Assembly: GCA_040387495.1 (NCBI GenBank)
Contig: JAZKDQ010000008.1
Coordinates: 1 to 64,000 of the forward strand
Length of the DNA stretch: 64,000 nucleotides
Reading direction: 5' to 3'
Source: Pseudomonadota bacterium
GTDB lineage: Bacteria; Pseudomonadota; Alphaproteobacteria; Paracaedibacterales; CAIOTO01
Below, one piece after another: positions 43,461-54,754 of this stretch (its first letter is position 1; each line of letters opens with the position of its first letter). The notes beneath the pieces were generated by a model. The model made no database searches. It worked only from the letters and a program-made list of their open reading frames with translations, and had not been told where the DNA came from. The position numbers and the translations under genes are program-made.

Positions 43461-43988
43461 ATGTCAATTAAAAAACTTATGCTTGTCCTAAGCATATCAA
43501 CTCTGTTGTCTGGATGTAGTGGTTACCGTGATAAAAATGCGCCAGACGAGAAAGCGCCAATGGATAGCGAAGATCGTCGCAAGTTTACGTTTGGTTCCAT
43601 ACTTGGTGATGAAACGCTTGTATTTGGTGGGGATAGAAAGAAAAAATCATCTGATGGTAATGGCGGTGGTGTTTCAGTCAATGCTTACCTTTGGCAGGCT
43701 TCACTTGAAGCTATTAAATTCATGCCGCTTGTTTCAACAGATGCAAATGGTGGTGTTATCGTAACGGATTGGTATTCGGACACACAGAAACCAAGTGAAC
43801 GAATCAAAGTGACGATCTATATTCGTGGTCTTGAATTGCGTGTTGAGGCAATACAAGCTATTGTTCAAAAACAAGTACTTCGGGGAACACAGTGGGTTAA
43901 CGTAGATGAGTCTGATTCCTTGACGGCGTCGAATTTAGAAAATATCATTTTAACTAAAGCGCGTAATTTACGTTTGCAAAATAAGTAG
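43461..43988 (+). CDS. DUF3576 family lipoprotein
   Basis: lipobox LSGC, VNAYLWQASL, D.NGGVIVTDWY, LEN.ILTKAR.LR; usual position upstream of leuS. Confidence 0.85.
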   Translation: MSIKKLMLVLSISTLLSGCSGYRDKNAPDEKAPMDSEDRRKFTFGSILGDETLVFGGDRKKKSSDGNGGGVSVNAYLWQASLEAIKFMPLVSTDANGGVIVTDWYSDTQKPSERIKVTIYIRGLELRVEAIQAIVQKQVLRGTQWVNVDESDSLTASNLENIILTKARNLRLQNK

Positions 43989-44002
43989 TACTATCTAGCA
44001 GC

Positions 44003-44096
44003 CTCGTCGCGAGGAGCGTTTGCTCTGTGGGATCTCTTTGGGTATAGGGTTGTGTAATTCTTGAGATTCCTGCGCCTCTTTGAGGCTTGCAATGAC
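44003..44096. repeat. degenerate REP/RPE-like palindromic element
   Basis: left arm ...GCGAGGAGCG...GGGATCTC, right arm GAGATTCC...GCCTC-TTT-GAGGC-TTGCAATGAC; resembles GTCATTGCGAG...GCAATCTC / GAGATTGC...CTCGCAATGAC repeats. Confidence 0.6.
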
Positions 44097-44140
44097 AATT
44101 ATACGAAATATTGAAACAAGTAAAAAAGGATACGCATCAC

Positions 44141-46669
44141 ATGAGTGGATATGCATTTAAGGCTGTTGAATCTAAATGGCAAGCACGTTGGGAAAAATCC
44201 AAAAGTAGTGCTAATGCAGAAACACAAGGTGATTCACACACGTATATATTAGAGATGCTGCCTTATCCTTCTGGCCGTTTGCATATGGGGCATGTACGGA
44301 ACTATGCGATTGGTGACGCGATTGCACGTTTTAAACGTTTGCAAGGTTTTTCTGTGTTGCATCCAATGGGATGGGATGCCTTTGGTTTGCCGGCTGAGAA
44401 TGCGGCTATTCAAAATAATGTACATCCAAGTGCATGGACGGTTGAGAACATGGCCGAGATGCGCCGCCAATTATTAGCGCTTGGTTTTTCGTACAACTGG
44501 GACCGTGAAATTGCAACATGCAAACCTGACTATTATGGTCAGCAGCAAAAACTATTTTTAGAATTTTATGAAAAAGGATTGCTAGAGAGAAAAGATTCTT
44601 GGGTAAACTGGGATCCAATTGACAATTCAGTTTTGGCGAATGAGCAAGTTATTAATGGTCGTGGTTGGCGATCAAATGCGCTCGTTGAAAAGCGTCGCCT
44701 TAATCAATGGTCACTTAAAATTACAGATTATGCACAAGAGTTGCTTGATGATTTAAAGACACTTTCTGGGTGGCCAGAAAAAGTCGTGAAAATGCAAGAA
44801 AACTGGATTGGTCGTTCTGAAGGCGCGCTTGTTCATTTTTCAATTAAGGCACAAGATGAAGATGTGACAATCTTTACAACGCGTCCTGACACATTGTATG
44901 GTGCCTCATTTGTAGCAATTGCACCTGCGCATCCATTAGCTGAACGTCTTGCAAAAGAAAATCCTACACTGGATGAATTTATAAAAGAATGCCAGCAAAT
45001 GATTGCAACAGAAGAAGCAATTAGCACGGTCGAGAAAAAAGGCTGTGACACTGGGCTGCGCGCTCAGCATCCATTTGATGAAACGCGTACGGTACCTGTA
45101 TATGTCGCGAATTTCGTGTTGATGGATTATGGCACAGGTGCTGTGTTTGGTTGCCCAGCCCATGATGAACGCGATTTCGAATTTGCGACAAAATATAATT
45201 TACCTATTCCACGTGTTGTAAAAGATGAAGCATTATCTCCATTACCTTATTTGGCTGATGGGTTGATGATGGATTCTGATTTCTTAGATGGTTTAACAAC
45301 AACAGATGCTAAAGCGGCCGCTATTCAAAAGCTTGAAGACTTAAAGAAGGGTGAACGTCAAGTAACTTTCCGCTTGCGTGATTGGCTTGTGTCCCGTCAA
45401 CGTTATTGGGGTTGCCCAATTCCGGTTATTCATTGTGATGATTGTGGTGTTGTGCCTGTGCCAGAGGCTGATTTGCCAGTGATATTGCCAGAGGACGTTA
45501 CGTTTGGTAAACCCGGAAACCCGCTTGAGCATCATCCAACATGGAAACATGTAGATTGCCCATCATGCGGCAAGCCTGCACGTCGTGAAACGGATACGCT
45601 TGATACATTCTTTGATTCATCTTGGTATTTCTTGCGTTATTGCTCGCCAAAGAATATTAATGCGCCATTTGATAAACAAGAAGTTGCACAGTGGGCGCCA
45701 GTTGATTGGTATATTGGCGGCGTTGAACATGCGATTTTACATTTGCTCTATGCGCGTTTTTTCACTAAAGCATTCCGTGATTTGGGATATGTAACCTTTG
45801 ATGAACCATTTACGAATTTGCTCACGCAAGGGATGGTATGTCATGAAACATATAAAGATGAGAATGACCAATGGCTTTATCCAGAAGAAGTTATCAAAAA
45901 TGATAAAGGTCAATTAATTGTCGAGGCAACAGGGAAAAAAGCTATTCTTGGTCGTTCTGAAAAAATGAGTAAATCGAAAAAGAATTTGATTGACCCGCTT
46001 GAGATTCTTAATTCCTATGGCGCCGATGTCGCACGTTTATTTGTATTGTCTGATACGCCGCCAGAGAAAGATTTTGATTGGAATACAGAGGCCTTAGATG
46101 GCTGCTGGCGATATTTAAATCGTGTGACACGTTTGTCTTATCAACTGATGGATGCAGTTGTTGAAAACAGGGCAGGGGATGATGTGGTGAATGCTGCATT
46201 ACTTAAATCTGCACACCAATATCTTGCTAAGCTGATTGATGCTTATGAACGCAATGCATTCAACAAAGCAATTGCATTCCACCGCGAGCTTTGCCGTACA
46301 TTAGAAGACGCTGCCGGTACGGCTTCAAGTGCTGCACTTAAAGAAACCTTTTCATATTTCTTATTAATGCTTGCACCAATAGCGCCACATATGGGATATG
46401 AACTGTATGAACGTTTGATGGATGAGTCTATTGATTCAACTCGTATGCCAACTCCAGATCCAATTTTATCAAAAGTGAGTGAAATCACAATCGCGGTTCA
46501 AGTGAATGGGAAACTACGCGGGACTTTCTCGGCTGAGCCGAAAGTAACTAAAGAGACGATGCATGAAATGGCATTAGCGTTACCGGCAATTCAATCGTTT
46601 CTTAAAGACAGCTCGATTCGTAATGTGATAGTTGTTCCTGGACGTCTTGTGAACATTGTTGTTGACTAG
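44141..46669 (+). CDS. leuS: leucine--tRNA ligase
   Basis: [49 protein letters not shown]. Confidence 0.98.
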   Translation: MSGYAFKAVESKWQARWEKSKSSANAETQGDSHTYILEMLPYPSGRLHMGHVRNYAIGDAIARFKRLQGFSVLHPMGWDAFGLPAENAAIQNNVHPSAWTVENMAEMRRQLLALGFSYNWDREIATCKPDYYGQQQKLFLEFYEKGLLERKDSWVNWDPIDNSVLANEQVINGRGWRSNALVEKRRLNQWSLKITDYAQELLDDLKTLSGWPEKVVKMQENWIGRSEGALVHFSIKAQDEDVTIFTTRPDTLYGASFVAIAPAHPLAERLAKENPTLDEFIKECQQMIATEEAISTVEKKGCDTGLRAQHPFDETRTVPVYVANFVLMDYGTGAVFGCPAHDERDFEFATKYNLPIPRVVKDEALSPLPYLADGLMMDSDFLDGLTTTDAKAAAIQKLEDLKKGERQVTFRLRDWLVSRQRYWGCPIPVIHCDDCGVVPVPEADLPVILPEDVTFGKPGNPLEHHPTWKHVDCPSCGKPARRETDTLDTFFDSSWYFLRYCSPKNINAPFDKQEVAQWAPVDWYIGGVEHAILHLLYARFFTKAFRDLGYVTFDEPFTNLLTQGMVCHETYKDENDQWLYPEEVIKNDKGQLIVEATGKKAILGRSEKMSKSKKNLIDPLEILNSYGADVARLFVLSDTPPEKDFDWNTEALDGCWRYLNRVTRLSYQLMDAVVENRAGDDVVNAALLKSAHQYLAKLIDAYERNAFNKAIAFHRELCRTLEDAAGTASSAALKETFSYFLLMLAPIAPHMGYELYERLMDESIDSTRMPTPDPILSKVSEITIAVQVNGKLRGTFSAEPKVTKETMHEMALALPAIQSFLKDSSIRNVIVVPGRLVNIVVD

Positions 46670-49600
46670 ATTTTGTTTCTTGTGGTTGAGCAGTAGCTAA
46701 TGTCTTGGCATATTCAGTGTTTAGCGTCTGCTGAAATTCTGGAAAATTTTGCAATTGAAATGGGATAGAGTTATATTCAATTACTGAGGTACTGTATGTG
46801 TATCTAAGGTTGTCAAAATCTGCATAATAGTATTTCTCATTCCATATTTTGTCGTCTGGCGTATTAAAGAAATAAAGTAAGAACTCATTGTATATATTGA
46901 ATGAGGGGGCTTCTTTTCCTTTTCTTATTTTATTTACCTCATCTTGGTTTTTAGGTGCATGCAGAAAATTACACCATGTTTGCTTGTAATTCTTGATCAG
47001 GTGACGTGTTTTTAAATCCTGATACATTGTTACGAATTTTGTAAATCTTGTCAGTAATTCATTTAAAAAAGGTGGTTTTTCACATGTTAGTTTCTCTGCC
47101 TGTTCGTAGTATGAATTTGCATAAAATATAAACTGTTCGATTTCAGAAAGAAGGGGGTTCCAATCTTTTTCTTGTTGTATCCAATAATGATATGGATGCA
47201 TTGTAGAGTGCGTGAGCTGCGATACAAACATCTGAGCTGCCGTATAGAACCTTTCCTCACATATCATATTATTCAACATTACTAATGTATTTTCTTCAAT
47301 AAAAAGCGAACCTATATGGTCATAACTCTGTTGATTAGACGAATTTTTATTTATTTCTTCAGTACTGAATCCTTTAAATGTTTTTTTGGTCCTAAAGTAT
47401 TTAAATGCATTATTATGATGATATGTTACTGTGTATCCATGAATTTTATTATTAGCCTTTTTCTTAAGAGCTGAGGTTGGATTTGAGTTTAGTGTATTAA
47501 CCAGTCCCATCATGAGCATTTTGTAATGAGGGACATCTAACGTATTTAAGGGAAATTCTGTAATTGGATGAAATCTAGGTGTAACAAGATAAGGTCTAAG
47601 CCAGCTGCGGCAATATTTATATTCTTTTAAATAAGAAAATTCATTTTCTTTTTGATTAAAACCATCTCCCCATCGTCCATAATCTAACGCATTTTCAATT
47701 TGCTGTGCTCTCAGGCAGGCATCTATGCTTTCAGCTTTTATTCGTTCTTTCGAATATTTTTTTTGTTCAACACGTTCATACATACAAATAGATAATGATT
47801 TTTTAATCTTAGAATTTATGGCGTTATCTGCACTTCCAACTAACCTAAATTTAGTACGAAACATTTCCATAATAGTATCATATTCAGCATTTTGAGCATT
47901 ACATTTGATTTCTTTAAAAACATTACACAAGATGTGGGCTATTTCATCTTGTATATATGGACGTTCCTCAACTTTAGATATCATCTGTCCAAGCAAAAGG
48001 GATATTTGATATTGGCGTATTTTCTCTTCCTGTTTTGCCCGATTGCAGCCTTCCAAAGCATCAGTTGAAATGCTATTCATCTCATTTTGCAAAAGCGTAT
48101 CTATAATGTCATTTGCTTCATCCTGCATACAGTCAACAAAGGTGAAAACATTTCCAAAAAGAGCATCTATTTCATTCTCAATAGTTTTTAAAAGTTGACG
48201 ATTCTTTTTTTCTTCGTGCTTTTTGATTTTGCTAGAGTTGGATTTTGGCTCAATAGGTAACATGGAATTTGGATTGGTTCGAACATCATTTATTGACAGT
48301 GCCATGCGTGTTGGGGCAGCTTTTTTAACCTTTTTAGCTTTACGTAAATCCTTTTCTTCATTTTTCTCAAACAAAGCAATAAGTTCTTCTTCTTTTGATT
48401 CTACTTTTTTCTCTCTTTCCGTTTTCTCTCTTATTTTTATTTCTTTATAGGCCTCCTCATTCTGAAGAGCAGCATCAAGAATTCTAATCTGTCCTCTGTA
48501 TAGATTTTCGTGTTCAGTACAAATCGACGGAAATATATTAAATGTACGAAGTAAGTTAATATACACTTTTTTTAATTCTGACGCTTTTTTTATAGACGAA
48601 ACTGTATTGCTAATATTTTCAAGTTTAATTTGAATATTTTCCGAATAAATATTTCTGTCAGTTTTTAATCTTATTAGTAAATCACTAATCGTTAGTGCAT
48701 CCTCTATTTTTTTTTCATCGAGCAACAATTTTGTACTTTCTGCCAATTTATAATATTCGAGTTCGTGGCATGTAGATAAGTTATCAACTTTTAGTGAATA
48801 TATTATTCTTCTATCACCGTCTTTTATATTCTCAGTTAAAGACATGCACTTAACAAATTGCCTCGCTTCAGTAGAAGCTAAGTCATGAAAAAAAGTGATA
48901 AGAAGTTCTGTGTGAATAATTTCTAATGATTTTTCTATTTCTAAAGATTTCAAATGAGTTCCAAATAAAACGTATAAATTAGAATTTCTATTTAACTCAT
49001 CTTTCTTATTTTTTATTTCTATACCTAATTCATTTAAAGAAAGGTTGTATACATCCACCTGTTTCTCAATCATACGTAATAAATATAAAATTGCGAAATC
49101 GGGAATACTCGTTGTTCTTGGAATAAGTGAGAGTTTGTCTGTATTTAAAAATGCATTGCTTCTTAGTATCTCTAATAATTTTTGATTATGCAGTAAACGT
49201 CCTTGTATGCGTTTTTTAGCTATATTTATAGTTGATATTGGTGATGTACTATGATTTACGCTATATAATTTCTCAACGATTTCATTAAGGGGGATGTGGC
49301 TTTGGTTAAATTTTATTTCTTTTACTGGATTAGCAAGTTGTTTCTCCTCTTGAACAGTTAACCCAGACATATCTTTATTGATTAATTCTTTTTTTGCATG
49401 CTTTGGTCGTCCACCATTCATTTTCTTGTTAAAAAGTATCAGTCGATTTTGTATTTCTGATAAGAATGGCGTCAATTGATCATAAAGCTGTGTAATTGAT
49501 TCAAAATTTGTAATAAGGCTGTTTAGGCTCCATTTATATAGTTCAAATTGTGCTTCGATGTTTTGAATTAGTAAGCCAATATCAAGAATTTCTTGCATGG

Positions 49601-50195
49601 CGTCATGTGGACAGGGAATCAAATCTTGTCGCATTTTTAGAGGCAATCTCTGATACGAAATTAGTTCAGATCCTTCTTTCGCGGGGAATTGGGAACATTT
49701 AAAATGCTGTTCATTTTTGTCAAAAAAAAGACAGTTTTTAAAGTAATGTGCTGCAGGAGTTGTGCTTGCACCAAATTTGTAGCTTATCTCACGTGTTGCA
49801 TCTAACTCAGTTGGAGTGTCATGAATTAAGTAAACCAAGTGTGCGAAGATCGAAACATGGTTAATCACTGAAAAATGCACTGGCGTTGAAGAAATTAAAT
49901 CTTTAGATCTTTGTATTTCTTTATAGGCGGCGACAGTAAAATTCTTCTTTGAGTAATTCATAAAAAAATTATAATCGAGTATGAGTAGATATTCATTTGT
50001 TAATGCAAATCCATCGTTAAATAGCTCTGCTAACTCTCTAGGGGTAGCTTCTTTTTTTTTATTTAATATAGCATGTTCGTCTATTAGGGATAATTTACAC
50101 TCTTCTAAAGACAAGAAGCGTTCTTCCATACTGACTGCATATGTTTTGTTCAAAAGAACAATAAAAAATAACAAAATGATAAATAAATTGTTCAA
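46602..50195 (-). CDS. large hypothetical protein (1197 aa), possibly exported
   Basis: uninterrupted 3.6-kb ORF in AT-rich DNA; hydrophobic N-terminus; K/E-rich central segment; no recognisable motif; start uncertain (TTG). Confidence 0.7.
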   Translation of the reverse strand: MNNLFIILLFFIVLLNKTYAVSMEERFLSLEECKLSLIDEHAILNKKKEATPRELAELFNDGFALTNEYLLILDYNFFMNYSKKNFTVAAYKEIQRSKDLISSTPVHFSVINHVSIFAHLVYLIHDTPTELDATREISYKFGASTTPAAHYFKNCLFFDKNEQHFKCSQFPAKEGSELISYQRLPLKMRQDLIPCPHDAMQEILDIGLLIQNIEAQFELYKWSLNSLITNFESITQLYDQLTPFLSEIQNRLILFNKKMNGGRPKHAKKELINKDMSGLTVQEEKQLANPVKEIKFNQSHIPLNEIVEKLYSVNHSTSPISTINIAKKRIQGRLLHNQKLLEILRSNAFLNTDKLSLIPRTTSIPDFAILYLLRMIEKQVDVYNLSLNELGIEIKNKKDELNRNSNLYVLFGTHLKSLEIEKSLEIIHTELLITFFHDLASTEARQFVKCMSLTENIKDGDRRIIYSLKVDNLSTCHELEYYKLAESTKLLLDEKKIEDALTISDLLIRLKTDRNIYSENIQIKLENISNTVSSIKKASELKKVYINLLRTFNIFPSICTEHENLYRGQIRILDAALQNEEAYKEIKIREKTEREKKVESKEEELIALFEKNEEKDLRKAKKVKKAAPTRMALSINDVRTNPNSMLPIEPKSNSSKIKKHEEKKNRQLLKTIENEIDALFGNVFTFVDCMQDEANDIIDTLLQNEMNSISTDALEGCNRAKQEEKIRQYQISLLLGQMISKVEERPYIQDEIAHILCNVFKEIKCNAQNAEYDTIMEMFRTKFRLVGSADNAINSKIKKSLSICMYERVEQKKYSKERIKAESIDACLRAQQIENALDYGRWGDGFNQKENEFSYLKEYKYCRSWLRPYLVTPRFHPITEFPLNTLDVPHYKMLMMGLVNTLNSNPTSALKKKANNKIHGYTVTYHHNNAFKYFRTKKTFKGFSTEEINKNSSNQQSYDHIGSLFIEENTLVMLNNMICEERFYTAAQMFVSQLTHSTMHPYHYWIQQEKDWNPLLSEIEQFIFYANSYYEQAEKLTCEKPPFLNELLTRFTKFVTMYQDLKTRHLIKNYKQTWCNFLHAPKNQDEVNKIRKGKEAPSFNIYNEFLLYFFNTPDDKIWNEKYYYADFDNLRYTYSTSVIEYNSIPFQLQNFPEFQQTLNTEYAKTLATAQPQETKSSQQQCSQDVQEQLSHYESSCL

Positions 50196-50314
50196 AATTG
50201 AATTTTCGGTTGAAATGCAGAGTAATTTCTACCATAACATATCTAAAAAATCAATATTTGCAATAGATAGTTGAAATGAGGAATGCGAGTGATTGTACCA
50301 ATCGACAAGACTTA

Positions 50315-51580
50315 CTACTTCTTAACAGAGCGGGCTTCTGCTTCTTCTCTGGTGTATGGATATTCAATTGTAAGGGCAGGGGGATTTGAATTTTCACTGT
50401 CCTTTGAGCCAGAGATATACAACCAAACGCGCTCGAATATAATGGCAAGCACTCCATTACATAAAACATTTGTTGATGTAATTATTGGGTCGAGTACGAC
50501 ATTCAGTGCAATGATCAGCGCGATCATTTCAGGTGTAAAGCCAAGATAAAATTCATAGAGTGGAATCATAATAAAAATAGCGCCACCTAATACAGCGGCT
50601 GTTGTATAACGTGCAAGTGTAAAGCTAGCCATAAAAGGAACCCAAACCCACATGTCAGGTATTGGTTTTCCGAAGTTCTTTAGTATTACCAAGCAAAGCA
50701 ACGCATTGGCTATGCAATCACCAATCTGCTGAATATTCGTTGTTGCAGGAATAAGCATTCCAGCAAACTTAGGATTTTTAAGATTTTTCTCTGTTGCCGT
50801 AATAGTGAATGGCATTGTTGCCGCACTTGACATAGATGTGAATGCAATCATCCCTGCTGGCCAAAGATTATTAATAATACTGACGAAGCGATCTTTCTTA
50901 AATTCAGAAGCAACCACGGTGAGTATGAGTAGATAAACAACAATTGCTACTGTTATCATTATAATCACAGTAGCGTACGAGTGAACAATTTGATTTAATA
51001 AACCAGAGTGATGCATAAATAGTAAAAAACCGAGCACATAGAATGGGATTAAGCGTATAAAAATGCGACTAAATACCAATCCCATAAGGTCTCGTAATTT
51101 AAAAACTGTTTGGCTGAAATAACCAGGTTTGCAAAATGCAGCAATGATGCCAACAGCAACACCTAAAAGCACACCATTTGTTGATGACCAAAAGGCCGGT
51201 CGTATACCACCAATTGTGAAGTATGGCACGAGGGATGCAAATTGTTGCTGAGTACCTTTAAAAATAGGTATCCATTCTTCAAATGATATCGCTATTGTAT
51301 AGGCATACATAACACTGGTTGCATTTGAGATGGCTTCGAACGTTAATAAGGTGACCACAAGTAATAATGCATTTTGTTTAAAGCTAATAAGGGTTGAAGC
51401 TATATAAGATGCTACAGCGATGGGCAAAACGATCAGGAGTAAGTCTTTGATAAGCAAACTTAACGTATAAGCGCTACGTGTAGCTTCGTCAGGTATGTGA
51501 GAAGCACACAGAAAAACAAGCAAAACAATTGAGACCAATTGAATTGGTGTTGAAAGAAAAAAGGAAAAAAAGCGACGCAT
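50315..51580 (-). CDS. dicarboxylate/amino acid:cation symporter (DAACS family)
   Basis: AFTSMSSAATMP serine-rich hairpin, D...T.TNV..NG, multiple TMs. Confidence 0.8.
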   Translation of the reverse strand: MRRFFSFFLSTPIQLVSIVLLVFLCASHIPDEATRSAYTLSLLIKDLLLIVLPIAVASYIASTLISFKQNALLLVVTLLTFEAISNATSVMYAYTIAISFEEWIPIFKGTQQQFASLVPYFTIGGIRPAFWSSTNGVLLGVAVGIIAAFCKPGYFSQTVFKLRDLMGLVFSRIFIRLIPFYVLGFLLFMHHSGLLNQIVHSYATVIIMITVAIVVYLLILTVVASEFKKDRFVSIINNLWPAGMIAFTSMSSAATMPFTITATEKNLKNPKFAGMLIPATTNIQQIGDCIANALLCLVILKNFGKPIPDMWVWVPFMASFTLARYTTAAVLGGAIFIMIPLYEFYLGFTPEMIALIIALNVVLDPIITSTNVLCNGVLAIIFERVWLYISGSKDSENSNPPALTIEYPYTREEAEARSVKK

Positions 51581-51583
51581 GTA

Positions 51584-52600
51584 TTATAGTCCTTTTGGTC
51601 TTGGATATAAATTAAGGCTAGAACGTACTTCGGCAAGTGAAACGGCGGCTAGCTCATTTGCTCGATCAGCGCCGCGTGCCAAAATTCGATCCATCTCATT
51701 CTTATCATCTAGTAGAAGTGTTAATTTTTCACGAATAGGATTCAAATGAGAAATAAGAACATCAGTCAACGCAGCTTTAAGCGCTGAAAATGTTTGCCCT
51801 TCGAACGTGCTACATATTGTGTCAACGTTTTGATTAGAAAGAGACGCATAAATCCCAATTAGGTTTTTAGCTTCAGGGCGATCTACCAATCCATCTTTGT
51901 TGCCTGGGATAGGATCCATATCTGTTTTTGCTTTTCTGATTTTAAGTGCTAACGTGTCTTCATCATCAAGCAAGTGGATGCGGGAATAATCAGAAATATC
52001 AGATTTACTCATTTTTTTTGTTCCGTCCCGAAGACTCATGATACGCGCATTCTGTTCAGAAATTATAGGTTCAGGCAGCGCAAATACATCCTTCTTCACA
52101 AAGTTATTAAATGCATGCGCAATGTCACGTGCAAGTTCTACATGTTGTTTTTGATCTTCACCAACAGGCACATGTGTTGCTTTGTATAGGAGTATATCTG
52201 CGGCCATCAATACTGGGTATGCGTAAAGACCAAGGTTGGCATGCTCTTTGTTTTTTCCGGATTTATCTTTGAACTGTGTCATACGATTAAGCCAGCCGAG
52301 CGGGGTAATGCAATTAAAATACCAAGCGAGTTCAGTATGTCCTGGTACATGGCTTTGTGCAAAGATGTAGCTTTTATCAGGGTCGATACCGCACGCAACA
52401 TAAGCTGCAGTGATAAGACGTGTATGCTCATAAAGATCTGACGCATCCTCAGTAGTAGTTAGTGCATGCTGGTCAACAATACAAAAAAGATGTTCATCTA
52501 CGGTAGTTGTCATAGAAACCCAATTTTGTATGGCACCTAAATAGTTACCTAGGTGAATGTTGCCTGTAGGACGAACACCTGACAAAATGCGTGTAGTCAT
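51584..52600 (-). CDS. trpS: tryptophan--tRNA ligase
   Basis: PTG.IHLGNY, YPVLMAADIL, VPVGEDQKQH, KMSKS. Confidence 0.98.
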   Translation of the reverse strand: MTTRILSGVRPTGNIHLGNYLGAIQNWVSMTTTVDEHLFCIVDQHALTTTEDASDLYEHTRLITAAYVACGIDPDKSYIFAQSHVPGHTELAWYFNCITPLGWLNRMTQFKDKSGKNKEHANLGLYAYPVLMAADILLYKATHVPVGEDQKQHVELARDIAHAFNNFVKKDVFALPEPIISEQNARIMSLRDGTKKMSKSDISDYSRIHLLDDEDTLALKIRKAKTDMDPIPGNKDGLVDRPEAKNLIGIYASLSNQNVDTICSTFEGQTFSALKAALTDVLISHLNPIREKLTLLLDDKNEMDRILARGADRANELAAVSLAEVRSSLNLYPRPKGL

Positions 52601-52852
52601 AAATTGAGTTCCTTATGCGTTCTTGAAATTTTAAATAGATCTAATCATTAGCATAGTAGCAAATATCTTTAAAAAGACAAAGGGGGCGGTCGGAAAAATC
52701 GTACGCATGGACTTAAAGGACTCTTGTTTTTTTAGGAAATCGTAGAATATATCCAGATCTTGAGTGTAATAGATAAAAAGAAACTATATGTAGGAAAAGC
52801 TAAGTGTTAAATGATGTCAGCTCAGTGTTTCTAACAACCGTTGTAATTAAAG

Positions 52853-52881
52853 TTGCTTTTATTAACGTTTTGTTATAGAAT
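52853..52881 (+). promoter_or_regulatory. putative sigma70 promoter of nucleotide translocase 1
   Basis: TTGCTT-N17-TAGAAT. Confidence 0.55.
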
Positions 52882-53014
52882 TTGCGTGTTGGAAATAGAT
52901 TGATTCTGAGCTTGCATCTAGGTGCATGGTTTTTTTCCTATTTAGCTCCAACTGTAAACGCCGCAAAAACAAGAAGATAGTTTTTGCATCAAGTTCAACC
53001 TTAAAGGATATCAA

Positions 53015-54556
53015 ATGACTAGTGCATCCGACACAAAACAACCAGAGTTTACAGGCATACGCGCTGTACTTTGGCCAATACACAACCATGAATTAAAAAA
53101 ATTCATCCCACTCGCTTTAATCATGTTCTGTATATTATTTAATTATACAATTCTAAGGGATACAAAAGACACATTGGTTGTTAACGCCGGTGGTGCAGCT
53201 GTAATTCCATTTTTAAAAGGAATTGCAGTAACGATGGCCGCAATTGCTTTCGTAATTATATATGCAAAACTGTCAAATATTCTTTCGAGAGAGAAATTAT
53301 TTTACACAATCGTTTCACCATTCGTTGTTTTTTTTGGTTTGTTTGGATTTGTTATTTATCCAATGGCGGATTTTTTGCATCCAGCAAAAGAAACCATCGT
53401 AGCATTGCATGCAGCGCATCCAACATGGTCAGGGTTCATTGACATCTATGCATATTGGTCTTATTCAGTATTTTATGTTTTTGCAGAAATTTGGGGCAGT
53501 GCAATCTTGGCTCTTGCTTTCTGGGAATTTGCAAACCATGTGGTGCGCTTTGAAGAATCAAAACGTTTTTATGGATTGTTCGCGGTTATTGCTAACTTTG
53601 CATTGATTATGTCTGGTGGTGTTGTCTATTTCTGTTCAGAATCTATTAAGAACTTCTTGCCAGCAGGAACAGATGCATGGCATGTTTCTATGTACTTGTT
53701 GATGACAGTCGTCGTTATTATGGGTATTCTTTGTATGTTCACTTATCGTTGGATGTATACAAATGTTTTGAATGACAAACGTTATTTTGATCCAGAAGAG
53801 AATGCTAGTAAGACTAAAAAGAAAAAATCAAAGCCATCACTTGGTGAAAGCTTTAAAATTATTGTTAAATCACCTGAACTTGCATTAATTGCTACATTGA
53901 TTATGGCTTATGGCGTAACGATTAACCTCGTTGAAGTTCAATGGAAAGAACAATTGAAAATTTTCTACGATGGCGATAAAGGTGGCTATAACGGCTTTAT
54001 GGGAATTTTCTCGGCTATTACTGGTGCATTTACAATCTTGTTTGGCCTTTTTGTTGGTCAAAGCGTGATCCGTAAATTCACATGGTTTACAGCTGCAGCT
54101 ATTACGCCAGTAATCATTTTAATAGGCGGCGGGTTATTCTTTATTTTCACATGTTCTGAAAATCTAGTGGCACCTTTGCTTGTGTTCTTAAAATCAACAC
54201 CAGTGGCAGTAGCTGCATTTCTAGGGGCTGGTATTATTATTATATCAAAATCTGTGAAATACACCTTGTTTGACCCAACAAAAGAGATGGCATATATTCC
54301 ACTTGATCCAGAATTGAAATCAAAGGGTAAGGCTGCTGTTGACGTTATTGGTGGTCGTCTTGGTAAAGCTGGCGGTGGCTATGTTCAAATGGGCCTATTG
54401 ATGGCATTTGCGACTAAAGATGTAGTTGCTATTGCTCCATATGCATTTGGCACATTTGCTGTTGTTTGTATCGCATGGCTTTATGCAGTAAAAGCACTTT
54501 CTAAAAAAGTTGATGCTGCTGTGAAATTCCGTGAAAACGAACGCGCTGCTGCTTAA
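53015..54556 (+). CDS. ATP/ADP translocase (NTT/TLC family nucleotide transporter), intact copy
   Basis: WPIH..ELKKF.P, FNYTILRDTKD, YV.AE.WG, INLVEV.WK, KY.LFDPTKEMAYIPLD, KGKAAVDV.G.RLGKAGG. Confidence 0.93.
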   Translation: MTSASDTKQPEFTGIRAVLWPIHNHELKKFIPLALIMFCILFNYTILRDTKDTLVVNAGGAAVIPFLKGIAVTMAAIAFVIIYAKLSNILSREKLFYTIVSPFVVFFGLFGFVIYPMADFLHPAKETIVALHAAHPTWSGFIDIYAYWSYSVFYVFAEIWGSAILALAFWEFANHVVRFEESKRFYGLFAVIANFALIMSGGVVYFCSESIKNFLPAGTDAWHVSMYLLMTVVVIMGILCMFTYRWMYTNVLNDKRYFDPEENASKTKKKKSKPSLGESFKIIVKSPELALIATLIMAYGVTINLVEVQWKEQLKIFYDGDKGGYNGFMGIFSAITGAFTILFGLFVGQSVIRKFTWFTAAAITPVIILIGGGLFFIFTCSENLVAPLLVFLKSTPVAVAAFLGAGIIIISKSVKYTLFDPTKEMAYIPLDPELKSKGKAAVDVIGGRLGKAGGGYVQMGLLMAFATKDVVAIAPYAFGTFAVVCIAWLYAVKALSKKVDAAVKFRENERAAA

Positions 54557-54599
54557 TACTTTTTATCCATTTTTGAATGGAGATAACAGGTATAAATAC

Positions 54600-54634
54600 A
54601 AAAAACAGTCTGATGCAAATCAGGCTGTTTTTTT
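54600..54634 (+). terminator. intrinsic terminator after NTT copy 1
   Basis: AAAAAACAGTCTGA-TGCAAA-TCAGGCTGTTTTTTT. Confidence 0.85.
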
Positions 54635-54754
54635 ATGTTTGCACAAATAAAGTTTACTTTACAAAAAACTCACTTTAGAATTTTTTCTAGACGCGAAAAT
54701 AAAATAGCCATTCAAACTAATCGAAATCTTAGAAAACACGAAATGAGCTAAACA

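Noticed and set aside
52601..52720. Possible leader peptide or T-box upstream of trpS
   Set aside because: The short upstream ORF (MRTIFPTAPFVFLKIFATMLMIRSI) has no Trp codons, and no T-box motif is visible
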